A stretch of DNA of 64,000 nucleotides from an uncultured Oligoflexus sp. (GTDB taxonomy: Bacteria; Bdellovibrionota_B; Oligoflexia; Oligoflexales; Oligoflexaceae), in contig CAXSGP010000002.1 in NCBI GenBank assembly GCA_964236955.1, positions 24,038 through 88,037 on the forward strand. Direction: 5' to 3'. The position numbers and the translations under genes were made by a program. Positions 20,967 to 30,064 of the stretch are shown here, in pieces. Positions within the stretch are counted from its first letter, which is position 1; every line of letters begins with the position of its first letter. The notes below the pieces were generated by a model, which saw only the letters and a list, made by a program, of their open reading frames with translations, was not told the origin of the DNA and searched no databases.

Positions 20967-21786
20967 ACTCAGGATAGCCGGGCCGACTTAAGGCCGGGCG
21001 CACCAGCGGCGCTACCGCTTCCCAGCGCCCGCCTTGCTGGCCCTTGTCCGCGCCCTCGAACCAACAGCGAAAGATGCCCTCCCTTTGAAACACCAAAGCA
21101 TTGGGCTTATCCCAGCAATCGACACTGAAGACAGCCCCCTCCTTGCCGTCGCGTCTCGGTTCGGCGTAAGGAACATGGAAATGGCCGAAGACCCCGTACT
21201 CGGCGACGGAGTCAGGCGTTTCCATCCAGGCATCGACGGCCGCTAATATCTTTTCGTGATAGATGGGCCTATATTCATCGGCAGACCGTGAGACTTCCGA
21301 GGTTTTGCGCGTAAGATGATCCAAAAAACGCCCGGGAAAGAGCCGCGCAACCGCCGTTACAAAAGATGATTTTACCAGCCAGCGAAAGGCCTTATAACGC
21401 CGATGGCTATAGATCATGTCGCCATGTGCGGCCTGTACCGACTGTCCGTTTTTAAGCGGGATGAGGCACGTCCCGCCCGTTACAATCTCAATGCCTTTCC
21501 AGGGCAGATCCTTCAAACGAAATTCATGATTGCCTTCTAAAAAGATGACCCTCGTGCCCCGTGCGGCCACGCGCTCAAGCGCCAGGCCGATGCTTGCAAA
21601 TTTAGATTGAAAGTAGCGATGCGAGCCCAGACAAAAGTCGAAAATATCACCAAGCAGCACGAGCGTGTCGACCCTGCCCGCCTCGATACGGGACAAAAAT
21701 TTTAATAATTTTTTTGCTCTATCATCGCCAGAATGACTTAAATGAATATCCGAAACCACGATCAAGTACGCGCGTAATTGCGACAA
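20956..21786 (-). CDS. lpxH: UDP-2,3-diacylglucosamine hydrolase
   Basis: Metallophosphoesterase motifs SDIHL, LLGDIFD, EGNHE, AHGD, FGHFH. Confidence 0.82.
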   Translation of the reverse strand: MSQLRAYLIVVSDIHLSHSGDDRAKKLLKFLSRIEAGRVDTLVLLGDIFDFCLGSHRYFQSKFASIGLALERVAARGTRVIFLEGNHEFRLKDLPWKGIEIVTGGTCLIPLKNGQSVQAAHGDMIYSHRRYKAFRWLVKSSFVTAVARLFPGRFLDHLTRKTSEVSRSADEYRPIYHEKILAAVDAWMETPDSVAEYGVFGHFHVPYAEPRRDGKEGAVFSVDCWDKPNALVFQREGIFRCWFEGADKGQQGGRWEAVAPLVRPALSRPGYPEFRA

Positions 21787-21992
21787 GATTTCCCCCTACC
21801 CCTACTCTGGCCCAACAATCCAAGCGGCTTAAGGATAGCGGTATTCCATCAAGCCCTCAAGCAATCAAAAACACCCTTAAATTCGGCTTGCTAGCGCTCT
21901 CAAAGGACGTCACTATTAACTTGCATAAAGCTCTGGTTTTTGGTTCTGTAGATGAACGACCGGCAATAATGTGCCAAATTGAAGGAGAAACT

Positions 21993-22235
21993 ATGTCTCT
22001 CGACATCGAAAGCCAATTGAAAAAAATCGTCGTTAATCAACTCGGCGTTGAGGAAGCTGCCGTCGTCAGTAAGGCCAAATTTATTGAAGATCTTGGCGCT
22101 GACTCTCTCGACATTGTCGAACTCGTCATGGCGATGGAAGAAGCTTTCAGCGTCGATATTCCTGACGAAGAGGCCGAAAGCCTTCGCACGGTGGAAGATG
22201 CCGTTAGCTACATCAAAAAAGCCAAAGAAGTCTAA
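21993..22235 (+). CDS. acpP: Acyl carrier protein
   Basis: [32 protein letters not shown] before ATG 21993. Confidence 0.97.
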   Translation: MSLDIESQLKKIVVNQLGVEEAAVVSKAKFIEDLGADSLDIVELVMAMEEAFSVDIPDEEAESLRTVEDAVSYIKKAKEV

Positions 22236-22253
22236 TCACTGCTTGGTTTTTTT
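22215..22253 (+). terminator. Probable acpP terminator overlapping the stop codon
   Basis: AAAAAAGCCAA...TTGGTTTTTTT stem with T tract. Confidence 0.5.
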
Positions 22254-22298
22254 GTGACGTTGACACGTTTGGGAAGAGCCGGGTACACCGGCTATTGA

Positions 22299-22392
22299 GT
22301 GCTGCAAATCAAAAGAGGCAGTTCAGCCCTGGATGAAAACGGTTTCACTTAAGCCGATCGCGATGGGCCTTGATTCTTTTGATTTGCAGCAC
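22299..22392. repeat. Perfect 18-bp inverted repeat enclosing a nested hairpin
   Basis: GTGCTGCAAATCAAAAGA (22299-22316) and TCTTTTGATTTGCAGCAC (22375-22392). Confidence 0.9.
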
Positions 22393-22530
22393 CCGATTTT
22401 GGGTTTCTATAAAAAACCTTCGATGTCCCTTCCTTTCGCAGCAGCGCAAAGGCTGAAGCAAAGACCCGGATTTTAGTCTTGGGTTAGGCATAGGCGGACT
22501 CAGCCCGCACGAAGCATCATACATGCACTG

Positions 22531-22599
22531 GATTCTGCTGAAAAAAGCTCGAATCAAGCTCATCTCCTCCTCGACGATCAGGCTTCTTTCAGCAGAATC
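22531..22599. repeat. 17/18-bp inverted repeat upstream of rpiB
   Basis: GATTCTGCTGAAAAAAGC (22531-22548) and GCTTCTTTCAGCAGAATC (22582-22599). Confidence 0.88.
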
Positions 22600-22632
22600 T
22601 CCCCTTCAATCGATAATAGAGGCCGAGGTAAT

Positions 22633-23103
22633 ATGAGTCAGCAGATCGGCATCGCATCTGATCACGGCGGCAAAGTCCTTAAAGACAAAATCAGCCGCTA
22701 TCTCAAAGAACAAAATCTAGCGGTCGAGGATCTGGGTGCTCCTCTCGACAGCTCCGTATCTGTAGATTATCCTGACTATGCCGCGCAACTTTCCCAGAGG
22801 CTTGCAGACGGTAAAATGAAACGGGGGATACTGGTTTGTGGCAGCGGAATCGGCATGTCGATTGCTGCAAATAAATTCCCAGGCGTTCGCGCCGCGCTGG
22901 TGACCGACGAATTCACGGCTAAAATGTGCCGCCTGCATAACAATGCCAACGTCCTCTGTCTCGGCGAACGCGTCATCAATCACGATCGTGCCCTGGACTT
23001 TGTAAGGATTTGGCTGACGACCGAGTTCGAAGGGGGGCGTCATCAAAATCGGCTCGATAAAATCACAGTCATCGAAAATAGTTTGGTGCATCCCAGGCAA
23101 TAA
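22633..23103 (+). CDS. rpiB: Ribose-5-phosphate isomerase B
   Basis: IASDHGG, VDYPDYA, CGSGIGMSIAANK, HNNANVLCLG, FEGGRHQNR. Confidence 0.96.
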   Translation: MSQQIGIASDHGGKVLKDKISRYLKEQNLAVEDLGAPLDSSVSVDYPDYAAQLSQRLADGKMKRGILVCGSGIGMSIAANKFPGVRAALVTDEFTAKMCRLHNNANVLCLGERVINHDRALDFVRIWLTTEFEGGRHQNRLDKITVIENSLVHPRQ

Positions 23104-23115
23104 AGGAATCCGCGC

Positions 23116-24369
23116 ATGAAGCCATGGTCACTGTTGCAACATCATGATCCCGAAATCTACGGCCTGATCGACGACGAGTTTGAACGTCAGCAGACCGGAC
23201 TGGAACTCATCGCCTCCGAAAATTTCGCCTCCGCACCAACTATCGCGGCCATGGGCAGCATTCTCACCAATAAATATGCCGAGGGCCTACCCGGCAAACG
23301 TTATTACGGCGGCTGTGAAATTGTCGATAAGATCGAAGCGATTGCCATCAATCGCGCGAAACAGATCTTTGGTTCTAAGTTTGCCAACGTGCAGCCGCAC
23401 TCCGGCGCTCAGGCCAATGCCGCCGTCTTCCTCACTCTCCTGCAGGCTGGCGACAAAATCCTCGGCATGGATCTTTCCCATGGCGGTCACCTTACTCATG
23501 GCTCCAAGGTGAATTTCTCGGGCATGCTCTACGATTCCCATTTCTATGGCGTCAACACCGAGACGGGTCGACTCGACTACGAGCTGATCGCGGCAAGGGC
23601 CCGGGAAGTAAAACCGAAGATGATCATCGCCGGCGCCAGTGCCTACGCGCGGGAAATCGATTTTGCCAAATTTCGCGCCATCGCTGATGAGGTGGGTGCT
23701 TACCTCTTCGTTGATATGGCTCATATTGCGGGGCTGGTGGCGGCCGGCGAGCATCCGACGCCCGTTCCTCATGCTCATGTAACCACGACGACGACGCACA
23801 AGACGCTAAGGGGTCCTCGCGGCGGTTTGATTCTTTGGAACGATGAAAAGATCAATATCAATAAATCGGTGTTCCCCGGTATTCAGGGCGGCCCCCTGGA
23901 ACATGTTATCGCCTCAAAGGCGGTGAGTTTCCTTGAAGCCCTTAAACCCGAGTTCAAACAGTATCAAAAGCAAGTGCGCACCAATGCCAAGGCCCTGGCC
24001 GAAGCGCTTGTCGCCAAAGGCTTCACCCTCGTCTCCGGCGGCACCGACAACCACCTCATGCTGCTTGATTTGTCCAAGAGTCCGGTGAGTGGCAAGCAGA
24101 TGGAAGACGCCCTCGACAAAGCTCACATCACGGTCAATAAAAACACGGTTCCCAACGAAACCCGCAGCCCCTTTGTCACGAGCGGAATCCGCATCGGAAC
24201 TCCAGCTGTAACGAGCCGCGGCATGGGGACGGCCGAGATGCAAAAGATCGCTGGCTGGATTTGGCAGACCTACGAAAATATCGAAAAGCCCGAGGTCTTG
24301 CCCCAGATCAAAAGTGACGTTCAAAACCTGGCGAAGTCGTTCCCTCTCTACCCAGAATGGAGAAAATAA
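23116..24369 (+). CDS. glyA: Serine hydroxymethyltransferase
   Basis: [35 protein letters not shown]. Confidence 0.98.
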   Translation: MKPWSLLQHHDPEIYGLIDDEFERQQTGLELIASENFASAPTIAAMGSILTNKYAEGLPGKRYYGGCEIVDKIEAIAINRAKQIFGSKFANVQPHSGAQANAAVFLTLLQAGDKILGMDLSHGGHLTHGSKVNFSGMLYDSHFYGVNTETGRLDYELIAARAREVKPKMIIAGASAYAREIDFAKFRAIADEVGAYLFVDMAHIAGLVAAGEHPTPVPHAHVTTTTTHKTLRGPRGGLILWNDEKININKSVFPGIQGGPLEHVIASKAVSFLEALKPEFKQYQKQVRTNAKALAEALVAKGFTLVSGGTDNHLMLLDLSKSPVSGKQMEDALDKAHITVNKNTVPNETRSPFVTSGIRIGTPAVTSRGMGTAEMQKIAGWIWQTYENIEKPEVLPQIKSDVQNLAKSFPLYPEWRK

Positions 24370-24372
24370 GCC

Positions 24373-24849
24373 GTGAAGTGCCCGAAGTGCGATTTCATCG
24401 ATACCAAAGTGCTGGAAAGCCGCGTTAGCGTGGATGGTCGTAGCATTCGGCGTCGGCGGAACTGCCTGAAGTGCCATCATCGCTTCACGACCTATGAAAA
24501 AGAAGAGGAGCTGATGCTCCAGGTCAAAAAGAAGGACGGGACCTTCGACGACTTCAGTCATGAAAAAATCGTGCGGGCCATTTCCATGGCCTGCCGCAAG
24601 CGCCAGATTTCCATCGATCAAATCGAAGTCATGGTCAATTCCATCGAGGTGCAGCTGCGTGCCGAAGGCGACCGGATAATTCCGAGCAGCCGCATCGGTG
24701 ACCTCATTATGAAGCGGCTGCGGCAGACCGATCATGTGGCCTACGTTCGTTTCGCTTCAATTTATAAAGATTTCAAAGACCCCGAGGAATTTGTTCGCGA
24801 ACTTAAGGGCCTGAAAAGCACCCGTGACGCCAACAATCCTTTGTCCTGA
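24373..24849 (+). CDS. nrdR: Transcriptional repressor NrdR
   Basis: MKCPKC..., IRRRRNC..C..RFTTYE, ATP cone, VAYVRFASIYK. Confidence 0.97.
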   Translation: MKCPKCDFIDTKVLESRVSVDGRSIRRRRNCLKCHHRFTTYEKEEELMLQVKKKDGTFDDFSHEKIVRAISMACRKRQISIDQIEVMVNSIEVQLRAEGDRIIPSSRIGDLIMKRLRQTDHVAYVRFASIYKDFKDPEEFVRELKGLKSTRDANNPLS

Positions 24850-24866
24850 TCGAATAGGAAGAGTCT

Positions 24867-25490
24867 ATGTTTACGGGTTTAGTCGAAAGAATGGGACGCA
24901 TTGCCGACATCAGCGGACACGACGGCTTCACGGTGCTGCGGGTCGAACTCTCTCAAGCGGAGCCCTATGTCACCCAGCTCGGGGAAAGCATAGCGATCAA
25001 CGGTTGCTGCCTGACTGTCACGGCGTTCGATCAAAAATTCATGAGCTTTGATGTCAGCCACGAATCCCTTGCCAAGACCAATCTCGGTACCCTTAAGGTC
25101 GGCTCAGCCGTAAATCTTGAGCGTGCCTTGCGTATGGGCGATCGTTTGGGTGGGCATATGGTCTCGGGCCATGTCGATGGCTGTGGCACCTTAGAATCGA
25201 TCGATGCCCAGGAGGGTGGCTGGAATGTCTTTGTACTCGTGCCGCGCGAACTTTCGGGCTATATCATCCCCAAAGGCTCTATCACTCTCGACGGCGTGAG
25301 TCTGACGATCAATGAGGTCATCGACCTTGCGCAGGCCAGCCGCATCCGACTGACCCTGATTCCTGTGACTGTGTCTCAGACCAGCTTCTCGGAGCTTAAA
25401 GCCGGCTGGCCGCTCAATATCGAAGTCGATCTGCTTGGCAAATATCTCGAGCGGTTCGCGAGTCCCTATGTGCAGGCCACCCGCAAATAG
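24867..25490 (+). CDS. ribE: Riboflavin synthase (alpha chain)
   Basis: MFTGLVE, SIAINGCCLTV, VNLERAL, GGHMVSGHVD. Confidence 0.96.
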   Translation: MFTGLVERMGRIADISGHDGFTVLRVELSQAEPYVTQLGESIAINGCCLTVTAFDQKFMSFDVSHESLAKTNLGTLKVGSAVNLERALRMGDRLGGHMVSGHVDGCGTLESIDAQEGGWNVFVLVPRELSGYIIPKGSITLDGVSLTINEVIDLAQASRIRLTLIPVTVSQTSFSELKAGWPLNIEVDLLGKYLERFASPYVQATRK

Positions 25491-25524
25491 CGGGAGGCTT
25501 CCGCTGCAGGCAGAGAGCCTCCCG
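25491..25524. terminator. Hairpin between convergent ribE and XRE genes
   Basis: CGGGAGGCT / AGCCTCCCG 9-bp stem; no clear T tract. Confidence 0.5.
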
Positions 25525-25531
25525 ACTGTTC

Positions 25532-26284
25532 TCAGAGGAAGGAACGCTTGAGGTTTTGGAGGTTCAATACCTCGCCGCTCGCGAACTCTTCCTCGCCAAG
25601 TTCCACGAAGGCGAGAAAAACGCTTTGATTGGTCTTCTTAAGCATAGGCTTGAGCCCCACTACCGCAAATGCTTTCTGCCGAACCGGCCCTGTGCGATGG
25701 ACGGGAATTTCCAAATAAAAAGAATTTGGCCTATTGTTCCAAAAGTGATCGATCTCGTCACGCAGGTCTTTCGTATTGAGAACCTCGACTATCGACATGT
25801 GCTCACTTGAGTGTTCGGCCCATACCTTCAAGGCCGCTGAGTTTTTCCAGAGGATTTTAAGCTCAAGATCGGTTTCAACACAGGCAAAAAGCGACTGATT
25901 GAGATTGTCGCGACTGCCCTCTGCCAAGTCGCGCCCCCATTTGGTGAGGAGTTCACGAACCGAAGGCAGAACACGAAAGCAGGCTTGCTCCAGTATCATG
26001 CGAAAAAGATACAAATCTCCCCCACCTTTGGTACGTGGCAAGGCTTCCATCAACCAGGGACGGCGATCCAGGAGAAAGAAAAAAGTGCTCAGGCCGACGC
26101 CAAAGGTTGAGCAAATACGCTTTAAAGTCTCAACTTTTACTTCGACTCGACCCGTCTCAATGTTTTGATAATGCCGGTAGTCGAGCTCGGTGAACGAGGC
26201 GAGTTGATACTGAGTCAACAGCAGGCTTTTACGGAGCCACTGAAGCCCTTTGCCAATCTCGCCACTTAATGAGTCTACAACCAT
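25532..26284 (-). CDS. XRE-family HTH regulator with possible PAS-like C-terminus
   Basis: LR....LTQYQLA.....YQNIETG.....TL..I...FGV; C-terminal CVETDLELKILWKNSAA resembles a PAS start. Confidence 0.8.
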   Translation of the reverse strand: MVVDSLSGEIGKGLQWLRKSLLLTQYQLASFTELDYRHYQNIETGRVEVKVETLKRICSTFGVGLSTFFFLLDRRPWLMEALPRTKGGGDLYLFRMILEQACFRVLPSVRELLTKWGRDLAEGSRDNLNQSLFACVETDLELKILWKNSAALKVWAEHSSEHMSIVEVLNTKDLRDEIDHFWNNRPNSFYLEIPVHRTGPVRQKAFAVVGLKPMLKKTNQSVFLAFVELGEEEFASGEVLNLQNLKRSFL

Positions 26285-26523
26285 GTATCTGCTCGATTAA
26301 ATGGATAATAAAATGTCATATATTTTTATATAACAGAAATGAGTAGCGGAAGGTACGTGTTCGCCTACCCTGGAGATTTGACTTGATCAATAAAATCAGG
26401 GTCCCGTGCGGGTTTCAAAAATTTTCCGAACCGTATGGAGCAAAGCTTGTTAAAAAAAACCATTACGACGCAAGTCCATCCTAAATGTGGGTAATTCTTC
26501 TAGGCCGCGCGGCGACCTCGGGG

Positions 26524-26545
26524 CATAGACATAGACATAGACAGA
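26524..26545. repeat. Hexamer tandem repeat (CATAGA)x3 + CAGA
   Basis: Seen directly; flanked by GGGCAT/ATGCCC complementarity. Confidence 0.8.
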
Positions 26546-26657
26546 ATGAGGGCAATGCCCTAGGATGGGGGGCTTTAGGCTTGCCCGGCAAAATGCCGTA
26601 AGGTTCTTTGAAAACCCTGTTTCCTTCATCATTTGTTTAAAAGATAAGGATGCCCCT

Positions 26658-27809
26658 ATGCAGACTGATCAAGATAAAGTTATTGCTCGCGTTCGAGCCG
26701 CGATCGAAGCCATTCGCAGCAATCAAATGGTCATCATGGTCGACGACGAAGACCGTGAAAATGAAGGCGACTTGGTTATGGCGGCCGCCTGCGTCACGCC
26801 TCAGCATATCAATTTCATGGCTAAGGAGGCGCGGGGCCTTATCTGTCTTCCTCTCGACCCCGAATATGTCGATCGTCTCAAACTCCCTATCATGTCCGAC
26901 AGCACCCGTACGATTCCCAGCAAGGAAACGGCCTTTACGTTTAGCATCGAAGCGCGCGAGGGTGTTTCGACAGGAATCTCCGCAGCCGATCGCGCCCATA
27001 CCGTAAAGGTTGCCATCGCCGATAACTGCACGCCCGAAGACATCGTCGTGCCCGGCCACATTTTCCCCCTCAAAGCAAGAAAAGGCGGCGTTCTGGAACG
27101 CGCCGGTCATACCGAAGGCTCGGTCGATATTGCCAAGTTTGCTGGATTTAAAGGCGCCGCCGTGATCTGCGAAATCATGAATGACGATGGAACCATGGCC
27201 CGCATGCCCGACCTTGAGCTCTTCTCGGCCAAACACAAGATGCCTATCGTCGCCATTGCCGATCTGATTCAGTATCGCCTCCTTCATGAGTCCATGGTCG
27301 AGGAAGTCTATAGGGAGAAGATTCAAACATCGCAGGGCATGGCGGAGGCCGTGGTCTTCCGCAGTAATGTCGATCAGCTCGAACATCTGGCCCTTATCTC
27401 CGGCGAAGATTCTTTCGATACCAAGCTGGTCGATGTACGGGTCCACACCCAAAGCGCTATTCTCGATGCCTTTGGCGATAGAAAAGAGGGCTCAGGCTTT
27501 CGTTTCCAATCGGGTCTCGATCTTTTGGACAAGACCACTCCCGCCGCCTTTATCTACCTCAATCAACCCCAGCACTCCTGGATTGAGGATGTGAAACAAC
27601 TGGCCGGTGATCTCAAGCCTAGGAAAGATCAGGCCGCAAGCAGCACGCGTCCGCAGGATCTGCGCCTGCATGGTATCGGCGCGCAAATCATCCGGGCCCT
27701 CGGCATTCAAAAAATGCGCGTTCATTCCAGTTCGCCTTTGGTCTTAAAGGCTCTTTCAGGCTTTGGCCTGGAAGTGATTGAAACCAATATCATCAACAAA
27801 TCGCACTGA
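26658..27809 (+). CDS. ribB: DHBP synthase fused to a degenerate GTP cyclohydrolase II domain (RibBX-type)
   Basis: DDEDRENEGDL, GLIC, TGISAADRA, PGHIFPL, RAGHTE, CEIM; the C-domain lacks the Zn-binding cysteines. Confidence 0.92.
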   Translation: MQTDQDKVIARVRAAIEAIRSNQMVIMVDDEDRENEGDLVMAAACVTPQHINFMAKEARGLICLPLDPEYVDRLKLPIMSDSTRTIPSKETAFTFSIEAREGVSTGISAADRAHTVKVAIADNCTPEDIVVPGHIFPLKARKGGVLERAGHTEGSVDIAKFAGFKGAAVICEIMNDDGTMARMPDLELFSAKHKMPIVAIADLIQYRLLHESMVEEVYREKIQTSQGMAEAVVFRSNVDQLEHLALISGEDSFDTKLVDVRVHTQSAILDAFGDRKEGSGFRFQSGLDLLDKTTPAAFIYLNQPQHSWIEDVKQLAGDLKPRKDQAASSTRPQDLRLHGIGAQIIRALGIQKMRVHSSSPLVLKALSGFGLEVIETNIINKSH

Positions 27810-27826
27810 AAAAGGTAGGGCTGTTC

Positions 27827-28270
27827 ATGGCGGAACGCATACTCATCGTTGCCGGTAAATTCAACGATCTTATCGGTAAGTCTTTGGTTCAGGCGGCTCA
27901 GGACGTCTTTAAGCAAGCCGGCAAGGAAGCCCTTGTCGATACGGTTTGGGTACCCGGTGCCTTTGAAATTCCTATCACGGCGGCGCACGGAGCCCGTTCC
28001 AAACGCTATGCCGCCGTCGTCTGCCTGGGCGCAGTCATTCGTGGAGAAACGCCTCATTTCGAATACGTCTCAGGCCCCTGCGCCTCGGCTTGCATGAGTC
28101 TTAGCGTCGAAACCGGGGTGCCGATTATCTTCGGCGTCCTGACGACGAACACCGTGGAACAGGCTTTGAACCGGGCTGGTCTTAAGTACGGTAATAAAGG
28201 GGCTGAGGCAGCTCTTACAGCCCTACAGATGATAGACACTCTCAAGAATTTTGTATCCAAGGAGCGGTAA
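27827..28270 (+). CDS. ribH: 6,7-dimethyl-8-ribityllumazine synthase
   Basis: WVPGAFEIP, CLGAVIRGETPHFEYV, FGVLTT, NKGAEAA. Confidence 0.97.
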   Translation: MAERILIVAGKFNDLIGKSLVQAAQDVFKQAGKEALVDTVWVPGAFEIPITAAHGARSKRYAAVVCLGAVIRGETPHFEYVSGPCASACMSLSVETGVPIIFGVLTTNTVEQALNRAGLKYGNKGAEAALTALQMIDTLKNFVSKER

Positions 28271-28274
28271 TACC

Positions 28275-28697
28275 GTGACAGTGACCCAGCAGCATCCTCA
28301 TGCGAGATCCCGTGAATGGGCCCTCCAGTTTCTCTACCAATCCGAAATTGAAAAGGTGTATTTCTTTTCCGAGATGCACTTCGACCGCTTTATTCAGAAC
28401 TTTTCGGTCGAGTCTCAACAGCTTCCCTACCTTCGCAAGCTGGTGGAAGGGGTATTTGCCAAATTGATGGAGCTCAACGAAGCCATCGATGAGCACAGTG
28501 AGAACTGGAACCTCACCCGGATGCCAGTTGTGGATCGCTGCATACTAAGGCTAGCGGCTCTGGAGCTGATGAAAAAGGAAACGTCGCAGAAGGTGATCAT
28601 CAACGAAGCGATTGAATTGGCGAAGAAGTATTCCACCGAACATTCAGGTTCTTTTGTTAACGGGATTTTGGATAAGTTGGCAAAGAAATACGTCTAG
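28275..28697 (+). CDS. nusB: Transcription antitermination factor NusB
   Basis: RSREWALQFLYQ, W.L.RM..VDR.ILR, INEAIELAK.YS, FVNGILD. Confidence 0.96.
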   Translation: MTVTQQHPHARSREWALQFLYQSEIEKVYFFSEMHFDRFIQNFSVESQQLPYLRKLVEGVFAKLMELNEAIDEHSENWNLTRMPVVDRCILRLAALELMKKETSQKVIINEAIELAKKYSTEHSGSFVNGILDKLAKKYV

Positions 28698-28812
28698 ATT
28701 TGGTGAATCCTCCCCCTTGGGGACTCCCCTTAGCTAGAGAGGGCCGAGCCTATTACTAGCCAAGACCCTGCCCCCAGCACCCTTGCGCTCCGCATCAAGC
28801 CGAGCCAGTGGA

Positions 28813-29853
28813 TCATTCAAAGACGAGGGAAGCGAGCTGAACCGATTGAGAGGTACCCGAGTAGTCCGTGATCACGACCAAACTGAGCGGCGTTGGCAAT
28901 TTCTCAAAATGTTGCAGATGATCGCCCGTGAGCTCGACCACACGACCGAGTCCATCGACTATAACAAGCTTATCGTAACCGTCTTCCACATTATATTTTA
29001 AATCAAAACTGACCGCAGTTGCCTCCTTGGTCGTCACATTGAGCAAATTCCGAGTCCATTGATCGGGAAATGGCCCGTAGTGCAACTGGGAAAACTGTTG
29101 GGGCGGAGCCTCGACAAGCTCGGCCAGGCGCTGCAGCTCGGTCGGATCCGGCAAATAGCTGCCATAATTTTCATGATTGTCTGCATCACCATTATGGATG
29201 CCCAGGACCAGGGACGAATCGGCGTCCAAAACCGGGCTTCCGCTGTTGCCAGGCAGGGTGTCGCAGCTGTGATGGAAAAAATTCGAAGCCTCACCGCTTG
29301 CCGTTATCATCTCGCAACGGCCGCTGACGCTTAGAGCCTTGCCTTTGGGATAACCAACAACAACAACCTTTTGATCGACGTTGATGCTGCGATCCATCGA
29401 CTGAATGCCAATGCTGGCCGCCGGTGCCGGATCAACCTGAATAAATGCAAAATCACCATTAACATCGAACTGATACTGCAAAATTTTCATGCATCGCGAG
29501 TGAGCAGGCAGCTGATTCCCACGGTCCTGTTCCCAAACGATAGATAGATTATGACAGGAGGTCTCAACGGGGTCAGCTGTAGCAATCGTTATACAATGAC
29601 CCGCCGTAGCTACAATGCCATGACCCAAATGAAAGGCAGTACAGCCGCCAGTCATTTTTCCAATCGCTGTCAATTCATTTCTTAGGCTTTGGCTAAGCGG
29701 TGTGCTGGGATCAATGGTGACCATCGAGTTTATATCGATGATGCTCGAGGCACTGGAATCTATGCTTTTTGGAAGTTCCCCACATGCTGCGGCCAAGGCA
29801 AGGGTTAAAACAAGCATGCAAAACGAACTACCGATACGATGCATAGCATCCAC
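28813..29853 (-). CDS. Lipoprotein trypsin-like serine protease with CUB-like C-terminus
   Basis: Lipobox-like LAAAC; TAGHC, GDFA, GNSGSP triad; C-terminal VEDGYDKL...LTG...TDYS. Confidence 0.85.
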   Translation of the reverse strand: MDAMHRIGSSFCMLVLTLALAAACGELPKSIDSSASSIIDINSMVTIDPSTPLSQSLRNELTAIGKMTGGCTAFHLGHGIVATAGHCITIATADPVETSCHNLSIVWEQDRGNQLPAHSRCMKILQYQFDVNGDFAFIQVDPAPAASIGIQSMDRSINVDQKVVVVGYPKGKALSVSGRCEMITASGEASNFFHHSCDTLPGNSGSPVLDADSSLVLGIHNGDADNHENYGSYLPDPTELQRLAELVEAPPQQFSQLHYGPFPDQWTRNLLNVTTKEATAVSFDLKYNVEDGYDKLVIVDGLGRVVELTGDHLQHFEKLPTPLSLVVITDYSGTSQSVQLASLVFE

Positions 29854-30030
29854 CCGTCAGTGAAATTATTGCTGGCTTAGGGAAGTAATCTTCAGTGGAA
29901 AAGAGAGATTAATTTGAAACTAACATTAATTAGCCAGCTGGTCAATAACTCGGAAGTCAAGACAGCATTTTGGGCCGTGGGGAGGAGACGAAAGAATGAG
30001 GAATAGTGGAAGCTTAAAACGGGCAAACGC

Positions 30031-30055
30031 AAAAAAGGAGCCCTAAGGCCCCTTC
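30031..30055 (-). terminator. Rho-independent terminator
   Basis: Minus strand AAGGGGCC-TTAG-GGCTCCTTTTTT just after the stop at 30065. Confidence 0.8.
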
Positions 30056-30064
30056 TGGGAATCT

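Noticed and set aside
21714..21992. N-terminal extensions in the ORF track (acpP, also yeaH, ribB, gspC-like, nit)
   Set aside because: Family homology, and in most cases an SD sequence, points to downstream starts; these are not fusions.
22353..22368. GCCGATCGCGATGGGC resembles the 3' hairpin of a ZTP (pfl) riboswitch, upstream of glyA
   Set aside because: The GACTGGCG/P1-P2 half and a pseudoknot partner are missing, and the segment lies inside the 18-bp stem.
26395..26570. Possible FMN riboswitch upstream of ribB
   Set aside because: Only TCAGGG and GGATGGG fragments; the GGTGAAATTCC.ACCGG and AGCCGAC cores are absent.
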